Both the position numbers and the translations under genes were made by a program. From a virus (taxonomy: Duplodnaviria; Caudoviricetes), in the IMG/VR virus record IMGVR_UViG_3300025128_000029, positions 1 through 62,337 of that record: a DNA stretch of 62,337 bases; one strand, 5' to 3'. Of the stretch, positions 26,670-34,909 are shown piece after piece (positions within the stretch are counted from its first letter, which is position 1; each line of letters begins with the position of its first letter). The notes beneath the pieces were generated by a model. The model saw only the letters and a list, made by a program, of their open reading frames with translations. It searched no databases and was not told where the DNA came from.

Positions 26670-26861
26670 TTATCTCTCCCTCAAGTATTCATGGATTAAG
26701 TGGTTAACGACCTGTTGTAAACTGATACTGACACCAGTATTACTGTACAGTATGTCTTGGATACTTTTAAGATCTTTGATGGTTTCTTCTTGATTAATCA
26801 TAACGAAATTACGATCGGCTTGTTTTTGATTATAATTAAGTTTGCTTTTAGTTTTGACCAT
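26670..26861 (-). CDS. small putative DNA-binding protein
   Basis: GGAGG RBS; basic N-terminus and helical C-terminus. Confidence 0.45.
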   Translation of the reverse strand: MVKTKSKLNYNQKQADRNFVMINQEETIKDLKSIQDILYSNTGVSISLQQVVNHLIHEYLRER

Positions 26862-26933
26862 AAGGTCCTCCTTTGTTAATGGTTACTTTATTAATAATAA
26901 AAAACATTATAAGGATAGACTATTTAAAAGTTA

Positions 26934-27173
26934 TCAGTCCTTTAAAGCCTCTCCATTTTCCTTAATAAAAGTTCTGAGCTTTTTGTCGCAATCAGGTTCG
27001 CCCCCTAACTCATCAACAATAAATTGTGTGAGGGCATCACCACTTATTTCGCTTTTCTCAAAAAGCATTAACATAAAGTAAACTAGATCTCTACCCTCTA
27101 AGGTATCAATCATATGACACACTTTTTGCTTATCGGTTAAAGGTGTATCTAAAGCATCTATTAAATCATCCAT
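26934..27173 (-). CDS. hypothetical early protein
   Basis: TAATG-coupled ORF. Confidence 0.5.
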   Translation of the reverse strand: MDDLIDALDTPLTDKQKVCHMIDTLEGRDLVYFMLMLFEKSEISGDALTQFIVDELGGEPDCDKKLRTFIKENGEALKD

Positions 27174-27418
27174 TACTGTTCTCCTTTGGCTAATGGCATA
27201 TTGATAGGATCAACTCTACCCTGTGGTTGACAAACTGCGTATATCAATACTCGGGCAGTTGGTCGGTTAGCTTTTACATTGAACTCATAATCACGAGCTT
27301 CTTGCAATGATTCAAAAGCAACTTTCTCATATTTGCCACGACCAAGAAACTCAGTAACCATGTAACCTGTGACATGTTTGAACATTTCCTCTTCATAGCC
27401 TTGCCAAGTATCCATCAT
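27173..27418 (-). CDS. hypothetical early protein
   Basis: AGGAG RBS, promoter upstream. Confidence 0.55.
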   Translation of the reverse strand: MMDTWQGYEEEMFKHVTGYMVTEFLGRGKYEKVAFESLQEARDYEFNVKANRPTARVLIYAVCQPQGRVDPINMPLAKGEQ

Positions 27419-27442
27419 ACACTCCTTTGTAGTTATTAATTA

Positions 27443-27471
27443 ATAGTAACAATGGATATTTAGAAAGACAA
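27443..27471 (-). promoter_or_regulatory. sigma70-like promoter
   Basis: TTGTCT-17 nt-TACTAT with TG extension. Confidence 0.65.
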
Positions 27472-27474
27472 ATC

Positions 27475-27648
27475 TTATTGTTTCGGTGCCTCTAACCTAT
27501 CACGGACTTTTAAACCAAAGTCAAACCCTCTTTTATAATAAGCTGATGAAGTACTATTCTCATTCATTTCTCCATTAAAGAGGGCATCAATAATGCCCTC
27601 TTCATATATGGTTAGATAGGTTGATCTTCTTTTAGCTAATACGTCCAT
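27475..27648 (-). CDS. hypothetical early protein
   Basis: start revised to MDVLAK after GGGAG; YEEGIIDAL...YYKRGFDFG. Confidence 0.5.
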   Translation of the reverse strand: MDVLAKRRSTYLTIYEEGIIDALFNGEMNENSTSSAYYKRGFDFGLKVRDRLEAPKQ

Positions 27649-27719
27649 AGCTTCTCTCTCCCTTTGAGTTCGTCTTATTCGTAGACGAGTTTTGCGTTTT
27701 AACCATGTGAGGTTGACGG

Positions 27720-28088
27720 TCAATGTGTATGTTCCCATACTGCTTGGGATAATACTCTCAAGGCTGAACCTCTACCCATTTTTTGACCTGCTTCTCTCTG
27801 AGCATCTCGTAAACCAAAAAGATTTGTTAAAGCATTAGCTATCGTACTAGACATAACTCCTTGTAATGAATGAATAATTTCACCATTATCACCATAGATA
27901 GTGCTTTTTGGTGAACTCGTATCAGACTTATAAGTATGAGCATATTTTAGCACAAACTCTTCTGGTAAACCAAGATCGGTAAAAGCACTCGGCTTGAATA
28001 TAGTATGAGCATCACTCATAACTTCCCAGTACTTATCTTTTTCTACATTTTTTATAGCATCGTAGAACTGCTGTGTTTCACTCTTCAT
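27720..28088 (-). CDS. hypothetical early protein
   Basis: start MKSETQ after GGAGG. Confidence 0.55.
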   Translation of the reverse strand: MKSETQQFYDAIKNVEKDKYWEVMSDAHTIFKPSAFTDLGLPEEFVLKYAHTYKSDTSSPKSTIYGDNGEIIHSLQGVMSSTIANALTNLFGLRDAQREAGQKMGRGSALRVLSQAVWEHTH

Positions 28089-28284
28089 AGTTTTCGTCCT
28101 CCTGTGGATCATTATAAAAAATTACGACATGTGCTATTCTATCACTGTTAGGACTGTCGCCGTTCCTTTTCGACATTATAGACTCAACTTTTGCATGGAG
28201 CTTTGAATCTGCAAATCCCCAATTTCTATGACCGAGTATTGCTTCGCAGCAATCATCAATGTCGTCAGTGAAATCTCTACTCAT
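28078..28284 (-). CDS. hypothetical early protein
   Basis: overlapping-coupled ORF. Confidence 0.5.
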   Translation of the reverse strand: MSRDFTDDIDDCCEAILGHRNWGFADSKLHAKVESIMSKRNGDSPNSDRIAHVVIFYNDPQEDENYEE

Positions 28285-28573
28285 TTTGTATCCCCCTTTT
28301 TATAGTTTTAGCTTTTGGATGAAAATAATCAACATCGGAGCCTGTGCTTCCATAAGGCTCAACATATACTTTTTCCTCTTTCTCCCATTGTTTGATCATT
28401 TTTAGTAAGCCCTCAGCACACTCGTACCTACCCTCAAGCAAAGCAGATTCCCTTGTATCGTCATCCTCATACAAAGGGTTTTTTCTAACTTCGGATAGTT
28501 CGCCTCGTAACCATACTTTTATTTTATTGACTAGCTGATTAGCTAAGTCATCTGGGTTATTTCTCATTTGCAA
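28277..28573 (-). CDS. hypothetical early protein
   Basis: GGAGG RBS. Confidence 0.5.
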   Translation of the reverse strand: MQMRNNPDDLANQLVNKIKVWLRGELSEVRKNPLYEDDDTRESALLEGRYECAEGLLKMIKQWEKEEKVYVEPYGSTGSDVDYFHPKAKTIKRGIQNE

Positions 28574-28714
28574 CCTCCTTGGACTTATTAAACATTTCCA
28601 TTAAATTTTCTTCTAAGTACTTAACCTTATCTTTGTCAGTCATATGTTGTTTTTTATTAGAATAATCAATAAGACTGTACTCAATATCAGCTAGTATTTG
28701 ATCAGTGCTATACA

Positions 28715-28987
28715 TTAAGCTTCCTCCCTTTCAATAGGCATATAACCATTTTCAGGAATATCGGCTTCTATGTAAATGCCGTACTCTTCCTCTAAGGTTT
28801 CCTCAGATAAAAGAAAGATGCCGTTTTTGCTATGCTTACCTTCCTCAATATTCTCGGTCAGCCACCTACTAGCATCAAGTACAGTATCAAAAAGTTTTAC
28901 TTCTTGGTCTTCGTCACAAATAAATTCTTTGCCATTAAGGGAAATCCCATTAGGGTAGCGAAAGATTCTATACTTTACATCACTCAT
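28715..28987 (-). CDS. hypothetical early protein
   Basis: TCGTAGAAAGG leader; IFRYPNGISLNGKEFI motif. Confidence 0.6.
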   Translation of the reverse strand: MSDVKYRIFRYPNGISLNGKEFICDEDQEVKLFDTVLDASRWLTENIEEGKHSKNGIFLLSEETLEEEYGIYIEADIPENGYMPIEREEA

Positions 28988-29025
28988 ATTACTTCCTTTC
29001 TACGAAGTTTGTTGGTAATTATTTA

Positions 29026-29054
29026 ATAGTACAAATAGAAAAAGCGAAAGACAA
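29026..29054 (-). promoter_or_regulatory. sigma70-like promoter
   Basis: TTGTCT-17 nt-TACTAT. Confidence 0.65.
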
Positions 29055-29082
29055 CTCAAATGTTGTCCTTCGCTCTAAGGTA

Positions 29083-29409
29083 TTAAGCGACTATGCGTTG
29101 ATTATCGCTGGCTATTTCTGCATACTCAAGAATAGTTTTATCAGCTTTAAAAAACTTATCCCTTTCAACAGGTAAACCAAATGGAGGGAAACGTAAGTTT
29201 TGCAACTCTGAATAACTTACCATACCTAACTCTGGAGTACCCATACCTAAGTCACATAAGCCAAACATATAATCATTGCCGTCCCACTCACTTATTAGCC
29301 AAGTGCAAGCACCACCACCGAAAAACTTAACGACAGGCTTTACGTTTTCTTCTTCGCTTTGAAAATTTTCTATCAGCTTTTGAGCTAATACATTAGTTAA
29401 TAGTTTCAT
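29083..29409 (-). CDS. DUF2958 family protein
   Basis: PVVKFF...TWLISE...FGLCDLGMG.PELG.V...EL...VERD; TCGTAGAAAGG leader. Confidence 0.75.
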   Translation of the reverse strand: MKLLTNVLAQKLIENFQSEEENVKPVVKFFGGGACTWLISEWDGNDYMFGLCDLGMGTPELGMVSYSELQNLRFPPFGLPVERDKFFKADKTILEYAEIASDNQRIVA

Positions 29410-29482
29410 ATTTTTCCCCTTTCTACGAGAATAAGTTAACATTAAATATAGTATTACAAAAGATTTATTGAAAAGCAAATCT

Positions 29483-29716
29483 TTAGTTTTCAGGTCGCCA
29501 TTGGCTTCCAGTGAGAGTTCCACAATCAAAACAAGCAATCTGATGACTTTCATCAGACAACATCAAAAACGATTGTGAGCCACATAATCCACAGACAACA
29601 ACCTCAACCTCGTTAGTTACTACTTGTAATCCTGGGAGGGGTTTTGGTTTAGTCGGGAATGGTATGATGTTAGATCCTCCATGAATGGGGGAATTTTTCT
29701 TTTTTTCCATGTACAT
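29483..29716 (-). CDS. small Zn-ribbon protein
   Basis: CGLC...CFDC. Confidence 0.45.
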   Translation of the reverse strand: MYMEKKKNSPIHGGSNIIPFPTKPKPLPGLQVVTNEVEVVVCGLCGSQSFLMLSDESHQIACFDCGTLTGSQWRPEN

Positions 29717-30144
29717 ATATCCCTTGCTAATTGTTTATCATAATAATAATAATCTTGATACGCAAGCACTGGATCTGAAGTTTTATATTCTTCAGGCATC
29801 GCTTGAGCAAATTTAGTAAACCCCCTTGCTGTCAGTCCTGTGGGTGGGGATTTAATTAGGCAAAGCACTTGCTCACAAGCATGAATACGTTCATATCTGT
29901 AAGTATATTCTTTACATAAAGCGATGCCTAACTTCCATAACCACCGATAATTTTCTAATGTCTGTCCAGCCCACAAAGTACAAGGGTGTTTTTGATGAAC
30001 AATTTTGTATGGTCCTTCTTCATTATACCTATAGAATACTGTACTGAGCATTTGTGTTGTTTCTAAAGGCATTTTGACAATATGCTTATCACAGTGGTAT
30101 TCAGCACATTTCTTATGGTTGTAGTCCAGTACGAAAATGTTCAT
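29620..30144 (-). CDS. pyrimidine-dimer DNA glycosylase (DenV)-like protein
   Basis: MNIFVLD...HCDKHIVKM.LE..QMLST...HPCTLW...NYRWL...EYTYRY. Confidence 0.7.
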   Translation of the reverse strand: MNIFVLDYNHKKCAEYHCDKHIVKMPLETTQMLSTVFYRYNEEGPYKIVHQKHPCTLWAGQTLENYRWLWKLGIALCKEYTYRYERIHACEQVLCLIKSPPTGLTARGFTKFAQAMPEEYKTSDPVLAYQDYYYYDKQLARDICTWKKRKIPPFMEDLTSYHSRLNQNPSQDYK

Positions 30145-30186
30145 AACATAACCTACCCTATAAAAATAAGAAAGACCGTTCCTTTG

Positions 30187-30645
30187 TTATCCGTGAGGAA
30201 AAGTTTGCATCTTTTCCATTCTGTCTACGAGACGTTTTGCTCTGTTTGGAACTTGATTAAACCAACGAGAATCTTCCATTTGAATAGAAGCCTCAATCCA
30301 ATCGCCATCAGCTATAGCTTGATTCATTTTTTTAAATTTACTCAATCGTGGTCTACCCATATTGAACATCATATTACACAAAATCAACTGGACTTCATCG
30401 GGAAGTTCGTCAAAATTAGTATAGAGTTTTTTGCACTCGTTTATCGTAGTATGAATATCTGCTTGGAAACAAGAGGAGACCCTGTCCCCAGAGACAACAG
30501 TTCCTTCGGGTTTCCCATATTCTTCATCCCATTCTGTAATCAAATGTCCAATTCCAAAAGTAAGTAAGCCAAGATGATCTAAATAGATCTCGTACTTACA
30601 CCCCTCATCTTCCTCTATCTCTTTTCTTAATTGATTTTTATCCAT
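30187..30645 (-). CDS. lysozyme (GH24, T4-like)
   Basis: DEG...IYLDHLG..TFGIGHL...NMMFNMG...DSRWFNQVPNRAKRL. Confidence 0.85.
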   Translation of the reverse strand: MDKNQLRKEIEEDEGCKYEIYLDHLGLLTFGIGHLITEWDEEYGKPEGTVVSGDRVSSCFQADIHTTINECKKLYTNFDELPDEVQLILCNMMFNMGRPRLSKFKKMNQAIADGDWIEASIQMEDSRWFNQVPNRAKRLVDRMEKMQTFPHG

Positions 30646-30646
30646 A

Positions 30647-30931
30647 TTAATCTCCTAATGTTGAATGCTCACTCGCTAATTGAACTGTGGGTTGTCTAAC
30701 TACTCTACCGTATTCTATTTCTTTTACTGCTCTAGGGTCATCTTCAAATCGTTCTTCATCTGCTGAGGGTGGGGGAGGGTTCTTTTTAAGCTCTATAAAT
30801 ATTTTTCTAATTTCGCTATTTCCTCCGATTCTTGCTCCTCTGCATGAGGAACACATCTTAAGACTATTTCTCTCTGCTCCAACTCTTTTCAAAGGCTCGT
30901 TACATTTATAACATCTATTAAATTTATTCAT
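30647..30931 (-). CDS. Zn-finger hypothetical protein
   Basis: CYKC...CSSC; FEDDPRA. Confidence 0.5.
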   Translation of the reverse strand: MNKFNRCYKCNEPLKRVGAERNSLKMCSSCRGARIGGNSEIRKIFIELKKNPPPPSADEERFEDDPRAVKEIEYGRVVRQPTVQLASEHSTLGD

Positions 30932-30941
30932 ATTGTCCTCC

Positions 30942-31490
30942 TTATTTTAATTCTAGTAGAATACTATGTACTACTGCAAAGTCGGGATTGCTAGAAAATT
31001 TTCTATACAAATATTCTCTGCCACGAGTATAAATAGGCTCAGCTAAAGTATTTCCCATTTGCGTTTGTCTTTTACAATGCAGAACTAACTCAAGCATATC
31101 AGCCATTTTTACTAACCCTCTATCTCTGTCTGTTAAATCTTGTAACATAACAGGAAGTTCTAGATCTTTTTCGTATTTAAACTCTGCTTTTGAAAATTCT
31201 TGTGCTAAATCTGTGTACTTCCACTTTGTAGTAGCTGGAAGATCGCCTAACTCAGCTTCTGCCACATCGTGGAATAATAACCAGAGTATAGCCTCTTTAC
31301 TTACATCTTCCCATAATGTAGTCAGTACAATCAATGCCCTCCATGTATGACTGGCAACATTCTGTCCTTCACCTACTTCGGGTCTTGTATGGAATCTAAC
31401 AACATGACCCCCTTGTAATCTTCTATGTACTTTTCTTAGTAATAAGTAATCCCCTTTTTGTGAAGATCCCCATTTTATATTATCTGACAT
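30942..31490 (-). CDS. HD-domain 5'-deoxynucleotidase/dNTPase (YfbR/DatZ-like)
   Basis: VVRFHT...NVASHTW...HDVAE..LGDLP..TK...KMADMLE. Confidence 0.8.
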   Translation of the reverse strand: MSDNIKWGSSQKGDYLLLRKVHRRLQGGHVVRFHTRPEVGEGQNVASHTWRALIVLTTLWEDVSKEAILWLLFHDVAEAELGDLPATTKWKYTDLAQEFSKAEFKYEKDLELPVMLQDLTDRDRGLVKMADMLELVLHCKRQTQMGNTLAEPIYTRGREYLYRKFSSNPDFAVVHSILLELK

Positions 31491-31499
31491 TACTTTCTC

Positions 31500-33416
31500 C
31501 TATGTCTGCATGGTTGAATGATTATCTCGTAAACCTCTTGTCCAAGGTTTATCGCTCAAAGTTTGTTTTGCCTCACCCCAATTTGGACCGAGCTCAGCGT
31601 CTACAATACTTGGTACTTCAAGAGACACACAGGTCTCCATTATTTCTGTTATCCTTTTTACTTGTGCTTCATTTTCTACACTTACATCAAGTTCATCATG
31701 TACTTGTATCATAGGCATAATACCCTCTTCAGCTAATGCCACCATCGCAGCTTTTGTCTGGTCAGCAGCACTCCCTTGAATTAGTTTGTTTAAAGCTTTA
31801 TAAGTGAATGCTCTTTTAATAGCTGGACCATGTTCAGCATACGCATCTTTTTGAGTCATAGGTTTCCAGCTACCATATTGAGTTGGTTCCCATTTATCAA
31901 ACCTACATCTCCTGCCTAGTAAAGTACGGATAACTCCTTTTTGTGTGGCTCTGTTAATAGCATACTCAGATAACTCTTTTACAAAAGGCACTTTTTTGTG
32001 ATAAGTAGCAAATAAGTCCTGTGCTTCTTCAAATTCTAAACCTAAACTTGCTGCGAGCTTCTTACTTCCCATACCATAAAACAGACCTAGATTAATATCT
32101 TTAGCTTGTTTGCGTGGTACTCCTACAATATCAGCAGCCATCTGATGAAAATCTGTTCGAGCATCTATGTTATATTGGTCGGCAAACTCTTCTGCCCCTC
32201 TAAAGCCCATGAGTTTTGCATAATGCACCACCAATCGAGGTTCTTGGCTTGAGTAGTCGAACGCACCCCATAACGCATCCTGTTCTGGTATAAACAAGCT
32301 ACGAATAAGTGGACCAATTTCACCATGCCTAGCAGGGATTTGTTGTAGATTAGGGTTACTATAACTGAATCTTCCTGTTACTGTACCACCTTGATCATTG
32401 CGTAAAGGGTGGAGTTCAGCATGGATCCTACCATTTTTTTGGTGTTTCAGTATTGTATCTACAAAAGTTGTCCGTGCTTTATTAAATTCTCTTGCCTGTA
32501 CAATCATTTTAGGAACTTCATGTGGGTGTGTCGTTAAAAACCCTTTAGTAAAGCTAGGAGCTCCTGTCTTTTCTGTTTTACTGTAGCCTAACCCAACAGC
32601 ATCAAAAGCTTTAGCAACACTCTCAGAAGCCCATATTTCAACTTCTATACCTGTGATCCTTTTTATTTCTTTCATTAGCCTTTGTTCTTTTGCTAATAAA
32701 TCTACTTTTATTAGTTCAGCTTTATGTAAATCAACCCGAACACCTCTTGCTCGCATAGGGATAATTGTTTTAAGAACCTTGAGTTCAAGGTCAACTATAT
32801 CTGAGATGTCTTCTTTAATTATTAATCCTTTAAAATACTGCCATAATCTTAATGTTAATCCAGCATCTTGCTCAGCATACTTACCCACATAATGAGCAGG
32901 AAGTTTATACATCTCACTTTTAGCATTTACTCCAAATGCCTCAGCAGCTTCTCTTAAGTCAGCTTCTGACTTGCGTTCTTGTAAGTAATCCCTACCTATC
33001 GCATTAAGGGCATAACTGAATCTATTTTCATCCAACAGGGGAGCAACAACCATTGTATCACATATTCTACCTTTAATATGCACTCCCTCTGCAAGTAGCC
33101 AACCTACATCGTAAGGAGCATTATGAAAAATATAATCTCTATCTATAGAAACAACTTCTTTTAACCAATGTAATGTCCTCATAGGGTCAAAGTTTGAACC
33201 TATCTCATGCCTAATGGGAAAGTACCATTGACTACCCTCAACAGCTACAGCTACTCCAATTATATGTCCATCTTTTCTAGCCCACCCTGACCCCATTGTT
33301 GTTAGGTTAGGGTCTTTTGTTTCTAAATCAATAGCTACTTCTTTATACTTATCTAAGTCTGGGTAACCATCTGGCATAACCCAATCAATCGGGGGTTGAA
33401 ATAAAGGTATCTGCAT
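31500..33416 (-). CDS. polA: DNA polymerase family A with 3'-5' exonuclease
   Basis: DLET exo I, HNAPYD, TGRFS...PNLQQIP, DYSSQEPR, AKDINLGLFYGMG, QVHDEL. Confidence 0.95.
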   Translation of the reverse strand: MQIPLFQPPIDWVMPDGYPDLDKYKEVAIDLETKDPNLTTMGSGWARKDGHIIGVAVAVEGSQWYFPIRHEIGSNFDPMRTLHWLKEVVSIDRDYIFHNAPYDVGWLLAEGVHIKGRICDTMVVAPLLDENRFSYALNAIGRDYLQERKSEADLREAAEAFGVNAKSEMYKLPAHYVGKYAEQDAGLTLRLWQYFKGLIIKEDISDIVDLELKVLKTIIPMRARGVRVDLHKAELIKVDLLAKEQRLMKEIKRITGIEVEIWASESVAKAFDAVGLGYSKTEKTGAPSFTKGFLTTHPHEVPKMIVQAREFNKARTTFVDTILKHQKNGRIHAELHPLRNDQGGTVTGRFSYSNPNLQQIPARHGEIGPLIRSLFIPEQDALWGAFDYSSQEPRLVVHYAKLMGFRGAEEFADQYNIDARTDFHQMAADIVGVPRKQAKDINLGLFYGMGSKKLAASLGLEFEEAQDLFATYHKKVPFVKELSEYAINRATQKGVIRTLLGRRCRFDKWEPTQYGSWKPMTQKDAYAEHGPAIKRAFTYKALNKLIQGSAADQTKAAMVALAEEGIMPMIQVHDELDVSVENEAQVKRITEIMETCVSLEVPSIVDAELGPNWGEAKQTLSDKPWTRGLRDNHSTMQT

Positions 33417-33555
33417 TACTTTTTATCCTCATAGGTTTAGGGGGGCGACACTTTTTACACATCGCCCATTTATTTTTAAGAGTACGAAAGGTAAGGATTC
33501 TTTCATCTCCACATGTGTCACAAACTGCTTTTATCTTCTGGTCGAGTGATTCCAT
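33385..33555 (-). CDS. 56-aa Zn-ribbon microprotein
   Basis: MESLDQKIKAVCDTCG...CKKCRPP, read manually; GAGG RBS; overlaps both neighbours. Confidence 0.5.
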   Translation of the reverse strand: MESLDQKIKAVCDTCGDERILTFRTLKNKWAMCKKCRPPKPMRIKSNADTFISTPD

Positions 33556-33844
33556 TTAATCTTACCTCTGCCTCCACTAATAACAAGTACCTCCTTAAAT
33601 CTTGTATATCATCTAATATACCCTCTGGGCGAGTATCTTCCTTTATTGCTTGGAAAACATCGTAATTAACTTTTGTTACTTGGTTCTCAAGCCTATCCCA
33701 TTTACGAGCAAGCATCATAAAAGCACCTACACCACCTCGCTTTTTCCAACTATCACCGTAAGATTGCTCAGCTTCATGTAACCCTTTTACATCTTCGTTT
33801 GCTAATGTATTTACTTTTTGTATTATCTTACTTCTAGTACTCAC
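33518..33844 (-). CDS. nucleotide-modification-associated domain 1 (Nmad1/DUF1599-like, MazG-fold)
   Basis: SYGDSWKKRGGVGAFMMLARKWDRL...DDIQDLRRYLLL; GTGA overlap suggests GTG start at 33844. Confidence 0.65.
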   Translation of the reverse strand: MSTRSKIIQKVNTLANEDVKGLHEAEQSYGDSWKKRGGVGAFMMLARKWDRLENQVTKVNYDVFQAIKEDTRPEGILDDIQDLRRYLLLVEAEVRLNGITRPEDKSSL

Positions 33845-34824
33845 TTCAGTCTCCTCTCTAACCATTCTATACAAGCCCTCCTCCATGCTCTATCATTTAT
33901 TCTTGATGCAAACTTTAATGCTGTAAGTAGTTCTTTCTTTTTCCAAGCTTTCCATGACTTCATCATGGGGGTAGCTGTGTCTGTGAGATAAGTATTAGTT
34001 AATCCTTCTATAGTATAATCATCAAACCATTTGTACAACTCAGAATCAAAATTATGAGCATTATCTATTAATGGTGGCGAATTATAACTTAACCCATCTT
34101 CAGCTAATAAAAGATAAGGTTCATAATCGGGCTGTAGGGAATATAAGTTTAATTTTTCTAATACATCTGTATAAACATGAAGATTATTACTTATTTGATA
34201 ATAAGTACCAATTTTATTATCTGTCATGAAAGCCATATATTCTAACAAAAAAGACATATGTACTGCATTTGCTCCATAAGCACCCCAGATCATATCATTA
34301 CTTCTGTTTACCACAGTCATATTAAGATAACCTTTTCTAGCCCAAAAAAAGACTTGTGTATTACAAGGATAATCTACTCCTGTGTTTGTTGAAGTTAGAT
34401 CAGCATAAGGATCCCACATACCTACTACAACTCTACGATCATTAGGGTAACTTAACAATCTGTTTTTAGCTATGTTTAATTGGTCTACACCAAAGTGCTT
34501 CCTCCAGCGATGTCCGTATGCACCATGAAAGGTAATACCGTCATCGCTATAATTATTCATTCTTCCGTTAAATTGGCTAATCCACTCTACATCATTACGA
34601 CCTGCTAACATCCATAAGCTTTCCATAAAATGGAAATATGGGTTAGCATCACGTTGAGGGTAAAACAATACTCTTTCCCAACTGTGTGTGTATTCTGTGC
34701 AAACAGGCATTGGAAACTCTAAAGCTTTACCATTTCTAGTATCTACCTCTACCCCTGTGTTTTGGATAACCTGTATGCCGTGATATAAAGCCTCACTAAC
34801 ACCTCTACTATATATATTGTACAA
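33841..34824 (-). CDS. dUMP hydroxymethylase (thymidylate synthase superfamily)
   Basis: TRNG, ANPYFHFMESLWML.GRND, AYG.RWR, catalytic DYPCN, RSNDMIWGAYGANAVH with Asn (dUMP-type) specificity residue, NLHVY. Confidence 0.8.
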   Translation of the reverse strand: MYNIYSRGVSEALYHGIQVIQNTGVEVDTRNGKALEFPMPVCTEYTHSWERVLFYPQRDANPYFHFMESLWMLAGRNDVEWISQFNGRMNNYSDDGITFHGAYGHRWRKHFGVDQLNIAKNRLLSYPNDRRVVVGMWDPYADLTSTNTGVDYPCNTQVFFWARKGYLNMTVVNRSNDMIWGAYGANAVHMSFLLEYMAFMTDNKIGTYYQISNNLHVYTDVLEKLNLYSLQPDYEPYLLLAEDGLSYNSPPLIDNAHNFDSELYKWFDDYTIEGLTNTYLTDTATPMMKSWKAWKKKELLTALKFASRINDRAWRRACIEWLERRLK

Positions 34825-34850
34825 TATGCCCTCCTATGGCGAATGAGTTA

Positions 34851-34876
34851 TTATAGGGTACAAATATACCCTATAA
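34851..34876. promoter_or_regulatory. intergenic hairpin within modification operon
   Basis: TTATAGGGTA-N6-TACCCTATAA. Confidence 0.45.
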
Positions 34877-34909
34877 GTTAATTGTGACAGTCAGAGCCTA
34901 ATCGAGTGG

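Noticed and set aside
30942-31490. Z-genome (2-aminoadenine) pathway suggested by a DatZ-like HD protein and MazG
   Set aside because: No PurZ/adenylosuccinate synthetase homolog is visible; the context points to hmdU.
33841-34824. Ordinary ThyA or T4-type dCMP hydroxymethylase
   Set aside because: RSND...GAN has Asn rather than the Asp of dCMP enzymes, PCN replaces ThyA PCH, and it lies next to an aGPT-Pplase1-like gene.
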